This document shows, piece after piece, positions 20,382-30,400 of a stretch of 64,000 nt of DNA. Both the position numbers and the translations under genes were made by a program. Location: the NCBI GenBank assembly GCA_018002295.1, contig JAGNGI010000003.1, positions 3,666 to 67,665 of the forward strand, read 5' to 3'. The notes below the pieces were generated by a model. The model was not told the origin of the DNA, made no database searches, and saw only the letters and a list, made by a program, of their open reading frames with translations. Source of the DNA: Fidelibacterota bacterium (GTDB lineage Bacteria; Fidelibacterota; UBA2242). Each line of letters begins with the position of its first letter. The first letter of the stretch is position 1.

Positions 20382-21308
20382 TTAAATAACATACTGTTTA
20401 AGATACTTTAGACCTAATTTTAATCCCGTTTCGACTTTTTCCACCGAACCTTCCCATACCGGATCTTCGTGTTCAATCGAAAGCACATAATCATAGCCAA
20501 ATTCCTGAAGCGTCCGAATGAAAAGCCCCCAATCAATTTTACCCGAGCCGGGCATCCGATAACGCCACCAACCGGATTTCCAGGGAATTGGATCAATTTG
20601 CCGGCTGAAGATTCCGTATTTGTATTGACCTTCCGGTAAAATTTCGGCATCCTTTGCGTGCGTGTGGAAAATCCGGGGCGCAAAATCTTTAATCACCCGG
20701 ATATAATCAATCCCCAGCCAATAAAGATGCGATGGGTCGAGGTTCAAGCCAAAATTCTCAGAGGGGACTTCATTGAACAACGCTTCCAGAAGTTCTGGTG
20801 AATAAGCGTAATTCCCGGGCAACCCAAATTTTACCCAATTCTCCATTGGGCAGTTTTCAATCATCAATTTGACATTGCGATCTTCAGCATATTTTACTAA
20901 TTCACGGAAAACGCAACCAATTTCCTGAATGTTCTCCTTCGGTGTCTTATCAGGACGAGCGCCAACAAAAGTTCCTACAAGCTCAACACCCAACAAAGAT
21001 GCGGTATTTATGACTTTTTTCAGGTGATTGTGATAATATTCCCGTTGTTTTAAATCGGGATGCAGATTATTATCGTAATAGGCAAAAGCTGAAATTTCTA
21101 TCTGATATTTGTTAAATAACTCTTTTACTCGCTCGGCATCTTGTTTGGAGAAATTAGCCGCATCAATTTGACGCGCCTGATAATCCCGATCAGAAGCCAC
21201 TGGCCAAGCCGCCAATTCCAACGCTTGGAAGCCCTGTTCAGCCGTCCACTTAACGATCTCTTCCAATCCCAGTTGTGGCAAACAAGCCGTTAAAAAACCA
21301 AGTTTCAT
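20382..21308 (-). CDS. Sugar phosphate isomerase/epimerase (xylose isomerase-like TIM barrel) protein
   Basis: 308 aa with AP-endonuclease-2 / xylose-isomerase-like TIM-barrel pattern (HAKD, IEHED motifs). Confidence 0.6.
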   Translation of the reverse strand: MKLGFLTACLPQLGLEEIVKWTAEQGFQALELAAWPVASDRDYQARQIDAANFSKQDAERVKELFNKYQIEISAFAYYDNNLHPDLKQREYYHNHLKKVINTASLLGVELVGTFVGARPDKTPKENIQEIGCVFRELVKYAEDRNVKLMIENCPMENWVKFGLPGNYAYSPELLEALFNEVPSENFGLNLDPSHLYWLGIDYIRVIKDFAPRIFHTHAKDAEILPEGQYKYGIFSRQIDPIPWKSGWWRYRMPGSGKIDWGLFIRTLQEFGYDYVLSIEHEDPVWEGSVEKVETGLKLGLKYLKQYVI

Positions 21309-21339
21309 CTTTTATCTCCTCATTGTTGCATTAACTAGT

Positions 21340-22491
21340 TTATACCTTTATCCAACGTTTCTCTTGGTGACTTTTGAGAACTGCTTCGACTATGCGATTT
21401 TCTTGCAATCCAGCTTCAAATGTAGGGAAATTTTGCTCGTGGATTGCCAACTTACCAGTTCGTAATGCGGCGTAAAAATTCAAAAACAAATTTTTGAAAG
21501 TATCAGGATAACCTTCGGGATGACCGCCGGGATAATGAGCGAACGAACGACTATCCGCTTCTAACAGCGCCGGGTCTTTTACTAATATCTGGTTGGCTTT
21601 ATCGCGGTAACCTAACCAGAGTTGATTAGGTTCTTCTTGCTTCCAAGCAAGAGACATTTGACTCCCATCAATAGCGATATCAAAGCCATTTTTGTAACCA
21701 GCACTCACTTGAGAAACATTGAAAACACCATGCCCACCTTTTTCCAGATGGAACAACACTGCACCAGCATCCTCGGTTTTAACTGTAATGCATTGAGTCG
21801 AATCCGGAGTCACCTCCTTGCCCTTGAAAGTTGCTACATCGGATTGAGGTTTCCTGCGCGATTTATGAATGATTACTAGATCGGCAAAAACTTCAATGAT
21901 TCTCTGACCAGTAATGAATTGAACCAAATCACACCAATGCGAGCCAATGTCGGCTATCGCGCGGGAATTGCCACCCGTTTCCAGTTCAACGCGCCAATTA
22001 TAATCTTCAGGATAAATTAACCAATCTTGCAGGTAATGCCCGTGTGCCAGAAAAATTTCTCCTAATTTTCCGCTAACAATTAATTGGCGAGCATGCTGAA
22101 TGATGGGATAATTGCGATAATTAAAATTTACCGCGGTAAGGATCTTTTTTTCACGAGCTAATTTGACCAGTTCTTCAGACTCAGCTACACTATTGGTCAA
22201 TGGTTTTTCACTGATAATGGCTTTGCCCGCTAAAATCGCGGCTTTGTTTATTTCAAAATGCAGGAAATTAGGTGTACAATTATGAACCACATCAATTTCT
22301 GAATTATCAATAAGTTCCCGCCAATCATCATATACTTGCGAGATACCAAATTTATCAGCCAATATTTTAACGCTTTCAGGCTTGATATCGGCAATAGCTT
22401 TTACCTCAACTCCGGGTATTCGACGTAGATTTTCCAGATGTGCCGTACCCATAAAACCGGCGCCAATAATGCCAACTTTAATGGTCTTCAT
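21340..22491 (-). CDS. Gfo/Idh/MocA family NAD(P)-dependent oxidoreductase
   Basis: KVGIIGAGFMGTAHLENL is a Rossmann N-terminus typical of Gfo/Idh/MocA. 383 aa, no signal peptide. Confidence 0.8.
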   Translation of the reverse strand: MKTIKVGIIGAGFMGTAHLENLRRIPGVEVKAIADIKPESVKILADKFGISQVYDDWRELIDNSEIDVVHNCTPNFLHFEINKAAILAGKAIISEKPLTNSVAESEELVKLAREKKILTAVNFNYRNYPIIQHARQLIVSGKLGEIFLAHGHYLQDWLIYPEDYNWRVELETGGNSRAIADIGSHWCDLVQFITGQRIIEVFADLVIIHKSRRKPQSDVATFKGKEVTPDSTQCITVKTEDAGAVLFHLEKGGHGVFNVSQVSAGYKNGFDIAIDGSQMSLAWKQEEPNQLWLGYRDKANQILVKDPALLEADSRSFAHYPGGHPEGYPDTFKNLFLNFYAALRTGKLAIHEQNFPTFEAGLQENRIVEAVLKSHQEKRWIKV

Positions 22492-24107
22492 TGTTTTCCA
22501 CCTTCATTTACTCTTTTGGCTCGATCAATCATTTGATAGGTCTCTGGCGTCTGGATAGCTTGATCATTTTCATACAAGCATAGCGCTGGTATAACGTTTA
22601 ATTGAGAATATGCAGATTCCTGAAGTTTAAATGTCGGATTAGATGGATGGCGAGTTAAGAGATGCGCCACATATTTGGAATAATTTCCAAATAAATAAGT
22701 TGAAACCGGGTGCACTTTCCGCCACGGTTCTTGACCTTCTATACCGTGGACACCCGAAAGGCTATCAATTCCATGAATCTGAGCTACCGGCAAACAACCG
22801 GCGACTTGTTCGTGCAATCCTTCACCGGCAAAAAGAATTTCAGGAAACGCTTTCTGTAACCTTTCAATATGGGTTCGCATTCCCTTAATAAAATCCGGTC
22901 CACGCTTTACATTAAAGGCTAGTAGGGTTTGATCCAGAAACACGGCATCAACTTGAAACTTATTAATCAGACGTCCTAAAGTTTCAATCATCAGATCGCT
23001 CCAGGCTTGCGCTCCGGGATTTATATACGCAAAATAAGGTTCCGTAAGCCAATCGCCATCTATATCCATTGCCCAACCTTGCAAACGACCAAATGCATCA
23101 ACTACTTGATATTTTTTAAATTCCGGGTATTTCGGGTGGGTATAGGTCATTCCTAGTCCATTGGTGTGAATCATCACTTTAAAACCAAGTAAATGAGCTG
23201 TATCCACCAGTTCTTTAAATTTTTCCTCACCACCTAAAAGATCACTGGGATTATAATCAGGAATGTGGGAATCAATGCCATGCTCGGCAAATCCCGGCAA
23301 ATAGAGTAATGTCCGCCGTGGATCGTGAAGGTTTTTAAATTCGTTCAACCGCTCAGTCATCTGTTCAAAAGTATGATGCGGTTTTTGAGATTCACGACGC
23401 GCCCCCCAAATTTCCAAAATAAAATTGATATTCTTTGCCCAATTGGGAAAATTTTGTTTTTGAGGAAGTGGTTTTATCTTGAAGGCTTTCTCCATCCAAT
23501 TACGGTATTCAGCCACCGGTTTCTGCCAGTCGCCTGTGAATTCCTCGATAAACCATTCCGTTTCAAAGGAAGTTAGCCTCTTTTTGGCAGGCGGTTCAAA
23601 TCCATAACTAATCGTAAAACAATCATTTTCACGCCGAACCCTAGCTAGTTTCAGATTGGAAGAAGAATCATGTGAATAAATTATAAGTCCTCGATTTTCC
23701 TTTATTCCGATGACAAACTGAGCATTCAGCCAGAAAGGATATTTATAGGACAATGTCGTTTGTTCAGGCATTTGATCCGTTATTACCTGACCGCCTAGTG
23801 CCGGTATAATGACTTCAGCCAAATTCAAATTCGTAAGACTCCACTCTACCAACCAGATCGGTTCCGGAGCCGAGTACTTCGCCTGAAATCGCAAACCGGA
23901 TTGAGTAAAAGTGCAGTGCACCTGACAGGTAAATTGACCGGAATTATCCTGTAGAACAATGTCATAACCACCGACTGACGATTTATATTCGATTTTTTGG
24001 GTCAATAGAACCGGCTCTGAAACGGCTCGATAGGTTCGAATCAAAAATAGCTGGTTACTATCATCACCAATTCGACTTGATCTACTATTTTGGCAAGAAT
24101 TGCTCAT
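22488..24107 (-). CDS. Hypothetical protein, possibly a TIM-barrel glycoside-hydrolase-like protein
   Basis: 539 aa with no signal peptide. The LGFKVMIHTNGLGMT...DAVFLDQ pattern is reminiscent of a TIM-barrel GH but no family signature is recognised. It overlaps the downstream cupin gene by 4 nt. Confidence 0.3.
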   Translation of the reverse strand: MSNSCQNSRSSRIGDDSNQLFLIRTYRAVSEPVLLTQKIEYKSSVGGYDIVLQDNSGQFTCQVHCTFTQSGLRFQAKYSAPEPIWLVEWSLTNLNLAEVIIPALGGQVITDQMPEQTTLSYKYPFWLNAQFVIGIKENRGLIIYSHDSSSNLKLARVRRENDCFTISYGFEPPAKKRLTSFETEWFIEEFTGDWQKPVAEYRNWMEKAFKIKPLPQKQNFPNWAKNINFILEIWGARRESQKPHHTFEQMTERLNEFKNLHDPRRTLLYLPGFAEHGIDSHIPDYNPSDLLGGEEKFKELVDTAHLLGFKVMIHTNGLGMTYTHPKYPEFKKYQVVDAFGRLQGWAMDIDGDWLTEPYFAYINPGAQAWSDLMIETLGRLINKFQVDAVFLDQTLLAFNVKRGPDFIKGMRTHIERLQKAFPEILFAGEGLHEQVAGCLPVAQIHGIDSLSGVHGIEGQEPWRKVHPVSTYLFGNYSKYVAHLLTRHPSNPTFKLQESAYSQLNVIPALCLYENDQAIQTPETYQMIDRAKRVNEGGKQ

Positions 24108-24580
24108 ATAAGTATCTCGATGTCATTTATTGATTTTTTTTCAATATCTTTCTGGGAAGTCTGATAGCGAAAAATCACGAAATAAGTCGCTTCGGATTTT
24201 TCTAAAGGAATGCATGCACCATGCCAAACGCCGGGATTAATCACGACCGCTTCACCGACATTTACCCTAAATATTTTCAAATTTTCCTCAGGTTCTCCTT
24301 CAATTAATAGCGGTAAAGCAAAAGGTGCGTCTACCGGTATCAAAATTTCAGGGGTATGTAAATGACACTCTAAACTATTTACCCGATTACCTCGAGGAAG
24401 AGTGACCGTGCAGAGTCCGATTTCGGTTTTACCATTGATTCGATAATTGGCAATATTCGCCCAGAATTTAAAGGTATCACCCTCAGCAGTTGGTTTTTCC
24501 CTAGGAAGCGATACGACCTTGCCGAATTTGGCAAAATTAACAGGATTAATAGGTATAATTTTCTTAACCGGAATGTTCAT
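24104..24580 (-). CDS. Cupin-fold protein, ureidoglycolate lyase (AllA)-like; the ORF extends to 24616 but the likely start is the Met at 24580
   Basis: MNIPVKKIIPINPVNFAKFGKVV resembles the AllA-family N-terminus (M-x-L-x-x-x-P-L-T-x-x-x-F-x-x-Y-G). Small beta-rich protein. Confidence 0.35.
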   Translation of the reverse strand: MNIPVKKIIPINPVNFAKFGKVVSLPREKPTAEGDTFKFWANIANYRINGKTEIGLCTVTLPRGNRVNSLECHLHTPEILIPVDAPFALPLLIEGEPEENLKIFRVNVGEAVVINPGVWHGACIPLEKSEATYFVIFRYQTSQKDIEKKSINDIEILI

Positions 24581-24584
24581 TGCT

Positions 24585-26066
24585 TTATTTTTCCAGCTTA
24601 AATATTTTGATCTCACCGCCTTTAAGCACGATGTTATTTAGTTTGGTTTGGTCGTCATTCCGCTGAAATTCATTAAAGGTGGAGGCACTCCCAAGTTCAT
24701 TGTATTGGACGACCCGCCCTTTTAATTTGGCCGGAATCGTAACGGAAATAGTTTCCGTGCGTGTATCTTGAACCAGATTGGCTGGCTTTAAGGGACGCTT
24801 GCTCGGTACGTTAGTAGCAATCCAGGCAACGAATATAATGGTACCATCTTCCTTTTCAAACGCACGATAAAACACATCCGAATCAGGCTGATGCTCGACG
24901 GAAATCAGGCTGGTAACGTTGCGGTAAGGATTCCCAAAAAGCTTGCGGAAAAATACCAGGGCTTTCTCAGCAGGTTTGGGTCTATAATCGGCATACGCAA
25001 TACCAAGGTAACGATTGTTATAATTATCACCGATAACTTCTTCGCCAGCCGGCAAATCTTTAATTTCATACCAGGCGATTGCCGATAATTTTTCCTCTGC
25101 CACCGCTAAAGTAAGACGTTTAAATAAATCTACGGCTTGATACTCCGGTGTATGTTCATAATCATAATAAGCATAATAGGAATCGGATACGTAACTACCT
25201 TGCCTAAATGTGCTATAGCCAACCTCTGCCATCCAGAGTGATTGATCATCTCCATATTTTTCAATTACTTCTGCCATCGCATTAATATTTTCAGTTATTT
25301 TTTCTACGGGGCGTTCACTCCAGGTTTCATAATAATTGTGCATATTGACAATATCTATATAAGGGCTGAGACCATAATCACGAAAAAGCTGCTCCAGAAA
25401 ATCGGCGTGATAAGCCATTCCACCTAAAACTACTTTGGCTTCCGGATCTGCTCGTCGGACAGCCTGCGCCCCTATTTTAATAAATTCAGCGAAAGCGGCG
25501 ACGTCTCTTGTATCCCAATAAATATCCAAATCCGGTTCATTCCAGAGTTCCCAGGTTTTAATGTATTTTTTATAGCGAGTTACAAGATCATACATAAATT
25601 CACCAAATTCTTCGAAATCCAGCGGCTGGTCATTCCAGAACCAGAGAGTATCGCCTCTTGAATTCCAGAGCGGAGTATAGCAGATATAGGGAATTAAAGT
25701 TATACCGTATTGATTCACGGCAGTTTTAACATAATCATCCCAGAATAACCAGTCGTATTGATCTTTCTGCGCCTCAATAGCATCCCAGCCAAAAGAAATC
25801 CTTAAAAGATCAACCCCAGTTCTCTTCAATAACTCCATATCATTATGAATAATTTCCATCGTCGTGGTCTCTTCCGGGTAATCTTCACACAAACCAACTG
25901 GAATGTGAACAAATTCAGCGTTTTTTGTTTTCATTAAGCGCTGGTAATTTGGTGAATTGGGTCTGCTACAATCAACAATAATAAGCATAATTAGCGCTAA
26001 GAATGATTGAAGCCAGTAATATTTTTTCATATTTTTTACCTTTCTTAAAACGTTAGGTTTAGTCAA
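24585..26066 (-). CDS. Secreted TIM-barrel glycoside hydrolase (GH5/GH39-like)
   Basis: Signal peptide. LRISFGWDAIE and TWELWNEPD match the NEP catalytic acid/base motif of clan GH-A. Confidence 0.5.
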   Translation of the reverse strand: MTKPNVLRKVKNMKKYYWLQSFLALIMLIIVDCSRPNSPNYQRLMKTKNAEFVHIPVGLCEDYPEETTTMEIIHNDMELLKRTGVDLLRISFGWDAIEAQKDQYDWLFWDDYVKTAVNQYGITLIPYICYTPLWNSRGDTLWFWNDQPLDFEEFGEFMYDLVTRYKKYIKTWELWNEPDLDIYWDTRDVAAFAEFIKIGAQAVRRADPEAKVVLGGMAYHADFLEQLFRDYGLSPYIDIVNMHNYYETWSERPVEKITENINAMAEVIEKYGDDQSLWMAEVGYSTFRQGSYVSDSYYAYYDYEHTPEYQAVDLFKRLTLAVAEEKLSAIAWYEIKDLPAGEEVIGDNYNNRYLGIAYADYRPKPAEKALVFFRKLFGNPYRNVTSLISVEHQPDSDVFYRAFEKEDGTIIFVAWIATNVPSKRPLKPANLVQDTRTETISVTIPAKLKGRVVQYNELGSASTFNEFQRNDDQTKLNNIVLKGGEIKIFKLEK

Positions 26067-26125
26067 TTCACACTCTATTAATACCTTAAAATATTATAAT
26101 CCCTACTTTTTAGTCCATTCATTTA

Positions 26126-26527
26126 TTAAAAATCAACCCCTGATATCAGAATTATATTGGCATAAGGCGATGTTTCACCGCTACGAACAAAAACAGCACT
26201 GTCCGATTCGCGATAAATATTTTTAAATTCTTCATGGGATACATACTCTATTGGAACACCTTTTAATAAGTCTTTCACTTCTTTTAAAATACCATTATTA
26301 ATTGATTCAATTTCCTTAGCCAGGATTGCCTTTTCCACAATCAATTCCTCAAGTACTGCTTTTAAAGTATCTATGAAGCGAGGTACGTTAGGGACTAAAG
26401 CTAAATCTACAATTTCGGCCTCGCGTGGTAAGGGAAGTCCTGCATCACAAATAACTAATTGATCCGTGTGTCCCAATGATGCGATTACCATTGAGAGATG
26501 AGAGTTCAAGATTCCGTGTTTCTTCAT
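26126..26527 (-). CDS. rbsD: D-ribose pyranase (RbsD/FucU family mutarotase)
   Basis: MKKHGILNSHLSMVIASLGHTDQLVICDAGLPLP aligns with the RbsD N-terminus (LNS..S..I..LGHTD.LV.CDAGLPIP). 133 aa. Confidence 0.85.
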   Translation of the reverse strand: MKKHGILNSHLSMVIASLGHTDQLVICDAGLPLPREAEIVDLALVPNVPRFIDTLKAVLEELIVEKAILAKEIESINNGILKEVKDLLKGVPIEYVSHEEFKNIYRESDSAVFVRSGETSPYANIILISGVDF

Positions 26528-26543
26528 CGATTTTATATCCTTT

Positions 26544-27464
26544 CTATTGATTTAAATAATTTGAAATATCAGCGAGGGTTGGCATTGAGGTCTGAGCACC
26601 TTGCTTCGTCACCGACCAGGCGGCAACTTTATTGGCGAAAGGTATCGCTTCATTTACCGGTTTTCCAGATGCCAGCGCCGCGGCAAATGCCCCATTAAAA
26701 GCATCACCGGCGGCTGTTGTATCAACAGCTTTCACCGGTGTCGCAGGAAATTCTTGCCATCTATCAGAATTAACCAATATCGCACCGTTTTCGCCTCTCG
26801 TGGTAATAACATTGCCGACTCCCGTATTAATTAACTTCCGAGAGGATGAAATAACACTTGCGCGATCCGTAACTGACTGACCAGTTAAAAATGATAGTTC
26901 AATCTCATTGGGGATCAGAAAATCAATACCATTCAATAGACTGGCAGGCAACTTACAAGCCGGGGCTGGATTAAGAATAAACACCGCACCATTTTTCTTG
27001 GCTAATATAGCCGCCGCTTCAACAGCACTCAGAGGAATTTCCAGCTGACATAATACAATTTTTGCCCTTTCAAATAGCTTTTCCTTTGATCGTATGTCTC
27101 TTTCCGTCAACCGCATATTACTTCCCGAAACGACGACTATTTCATTTTGTCCGTCGGCATCAACGTATATTAATGCCACACCGGTTGGCGTTTCTGAGTC
27201 TATAAATATCTCCTCCATATGGACGCCATTGGATTCCATATTATTTACCAAACGATCGCGAAAAATATCATCTCCCATTTTACCAATAAAAATCGTATCT
27301 GCTCCAAGTTTGGCACAGGCGACAGCCTGATTTGCTCCTTTACCGCCCGGATAAATTCCAAACTTTTTACCGAAAACGGTCTCACCCGGTTGAGGATATC
27401 TATCAACTTGGGCAACCAGATCTATATTGGCACTACCTACAATAATAACCGAATTTTTTGTCAT
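26544..27464 (-). CDS. rbsK: Ribokinase (PfkB family)
   Basis: VVGSANIDLV...GGKGANQAVA and the C-terminal DTTAAGDAFNGAF (anion-hole/ATP motif) are typical of ribokinase. 306 aa. Confidence 0.8.
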   Translation of the reverse strand: MTKNSVIIVGSANIDLVAQVDRYPQPGETVFGKKFGIYPGGKGANQAVACAKLGADTIFIGKMGDDIFRDRLVNNMESNGVHMEEIFIDSETPTGVALIYVDADGQNEIVVVSGSNMRLTERDIRSKEKLFERAKIVLCQLEIPLSAVEAAAILAKKNGAVFILNPAPACKLPASLLNGIDFLIPNEIELSFLTGQSVTDRASVISSSRKLINTGVGNVITTRGENGAILVNSDRWQEFPATPVKAVDTTAAGDAFNGAFAAALASGKPVNEAIPFANKVAAWSVTKQGAQTSMPTLADISNYLNQ

Positions 27465-27474
27465 TAATATCTCT

Positions 27475-30400
27475 TTAATCTATTTTAATTTTAAGTAATT
27501 GATAATTTGTAATTACTGGCGGCTTTAAAAGTCCTGATAATTTAGGAACTGCTTCCAGAGTATTGATTAACGTATTGGTAATAGAAAATCGGAAGGTATT
27601 TTTTCCCGGTCTGACTAAGTCCGTAATATCAATTTGATATGGATGCCAGGGAACTATTATCGGTCCGCTATCATTAATCTGTAACTCTAAGACATCTTCT
27701 CCACACTCAATATCAAGAAACAGCATACCTTTACAAAAGTCTGCCGGAATCGTCAGCTCTTTTGAGTAGGTTCCAGTGCCCGAGAAATAGGGGTATCCCT
27801 GTTGACACCAGTCACCAATATTTACCTCCTTTTTCGGCAAAACAATACTATACCCATCGTCATTCAATTTCAAAGCAAAATCACCCGTGATTTTTATAAG
27901 GTCTAAAATACCGTCAGTTCTACGTTGTACAACTAATTGAACCGCGATTAGATTACGACCCGGGTGGACATAAGAATGGATATTAATTTCCCGAATTTCG
28001 GCATCTAATTGACTGCGTTGGCCAGTATCCTTAACTTCCGTGCCATTAATAAATAATCGGAAAGAACTTCCACTAAAACCATCTATAAGAAGTTTTACAC
28101 GATTAGGTAATTCCTCAATCTGAAACGGAATTCGATACCAGAGTGTCTGCGGATAGTGGATATCATCCGGTTCTTCGGGCAATTGCATTTCCCAGGCGCC
28201 GATAGTAACTGGTAGCCAGTGATCATCATCATAATCGAGTGCGGCGTAGTTATCATTTGAGCATTCATTTGAAACCAGCATTTTCCATTTAGCAAGACAT
28301 AATGTATTATCATTTTCTATTTTAAAATTCATAACCTCCGGTAATATTAGAGGCGGTGGATTCTTCGGCACCATTTGGACAATATCCTTTTGTTTACCAC
28401 CTGTTTTTAAAGTCAATTTGGCAAGATCTCCATTTTTTATATAGCCGGTTATAAAATTGGCTTCAGTTTTTTCTATTACCAGGTTGGTTGCACTAATATA
28501 AGAATCAGGTAAGTCATTATGTAAAATAACCAGAAATGTTTGGCTGGCGCCGAATGTTAAGCGAAAACAAAGTCGGTTATTGATTATATCAAAAACCGAG
28601 AGTTCCTTTACTGCACCGGTCGCCGGATCCCATAGCTCAGGGCGTCCAACCGTCTCCAATGAAATGTCCACCTCGCCAATATCTTGCTGAAGAGTATTAA
28701 CAAAATAGAACAGATGTCGGCCATCTTTTACCCTATGCAGATAAAAAACTTCAGAATGTCCGATCTGGACATCGGCGGTAATACACGACTCAATGGCTTC
28801 TTTAATATCCTGTCTGCGCCTATCTTTTGCCAGCCCGCCACCTTGTATTAAGCACACCCCCGGTTGGAGCATTTTCAGCTGGTTAACCTCGTTTTTACCG
28901 CTTTGGAAATCGGCCAAAATACAATTTGGCTTGACGCCAAATAGTTCATCTACAGCGCGAGATTTTGACGGTTTGCCATCAATAAATTGTTCAACCGGTA
29001 ATAAAATATCGGCAATTAACTTACCACCGTTATTTACGAAAGCTTTTATTTTATCCAGAGTTGCTTTTTTAATATGAGTCACTGGGGGTAAAATGATTAG
29101 TTCGTAAGATTCATCGGCGATCTCAAGTCGGTTACCATTTAACCGAGCATTAATTAAAATGTCCTCATCAACATAATCAAAATCATAATGAAGATGTAAC
29201 AGGGCATCCGTCAGATAATTAAAATCCATTTCAATCAATCGGGAAATGTCGTCTGGAGCCTGCGGTACATAGTTTGCCCAAATACTCGTGATCGGATAGA
29301 GAATGAGAATTTTTGCAATATGTTTTCCACCGGTTAGAGCATGTCCTAACCGCGCCATATAGCGAGTAAATTCATTGTAATACTTCCACCAGGTATGGTG
29401 ATAAAATTGCGACGGTGGCCAGTCACGCTTGCGTTCGCCTTCAATGGAATAATGGTAGCCATGATTATTAAATAGATTAACTCCGAGTGAATATTCCCAG
29501 TTGGCAATCCACTTCATCCGTTCCAAAGTGCAATCCCAATAAGTACCTCCCATTGATTCGCAAAGTAATCTCTTTTTCCCTAAATGGTGAGTTATCGAGC
29601 TTGCCATCTTAAGTTCTACATGTTCGCCGGGCTGTTCTTCCGAACCAATTTTCGGATATAAATGATCCACTCCGGTTAAATGTAAATTACTCAAATGTTG
29701 CATCACATTGCCTTCACAGCGGGCATGACCTCTTAACCAATTTTCAAATAGAATGTGGCCTGTGAATAAAACGCCGTTTTCAGCACACCAATCTCGGAGC
29801 TGTTTATAATAACTATCGTCATACTGATCTGAAAGCGTTTTCCAGAAATCATAACGAATTCGGGCTGTATCGCGACCGACATTAGCATATAAAGCCGCTA
29901 GGTGTGGTTTTATACTATATCCATTACGCTCACGAAATATCTTGAACATCCGCTGGCTCCAGGGAATAACGTAATTATCAGTTCCTACTTGAAAATAGTG
30001 CATAGCCGGTTCATCGGTATAAAATCCCGGCACGATTTTCCCAAATTCTGCCCCCACTGCGGTCTTATATTGTTCATGCGTTAATTCAATAAAACGTTTA
30101 GTGGCTTCCGGATTTAAAGCATCTATATAGTAATCTATTTCCTTTTCTAAAAAATACATTAATACCCAGTTACCGGCTGGCGCTTCCCACGGAATGACTT
30201 TATTAAATGATAAATTCGGAGTTACATCAATAATATTTTTGATGCCAGTTCGATATTCCTCAGCTGAACAGATATAAGCGGCAATCGGTTTTGAATCGCC
30301 GGTATTTATATAGCGTGAATCGGTGGCTTCAAGATAGATGAAAAGTGGACCATTGATAAACAGTGTTACCATTTCCAGGTACTTTTGGCTTAAATATGGA

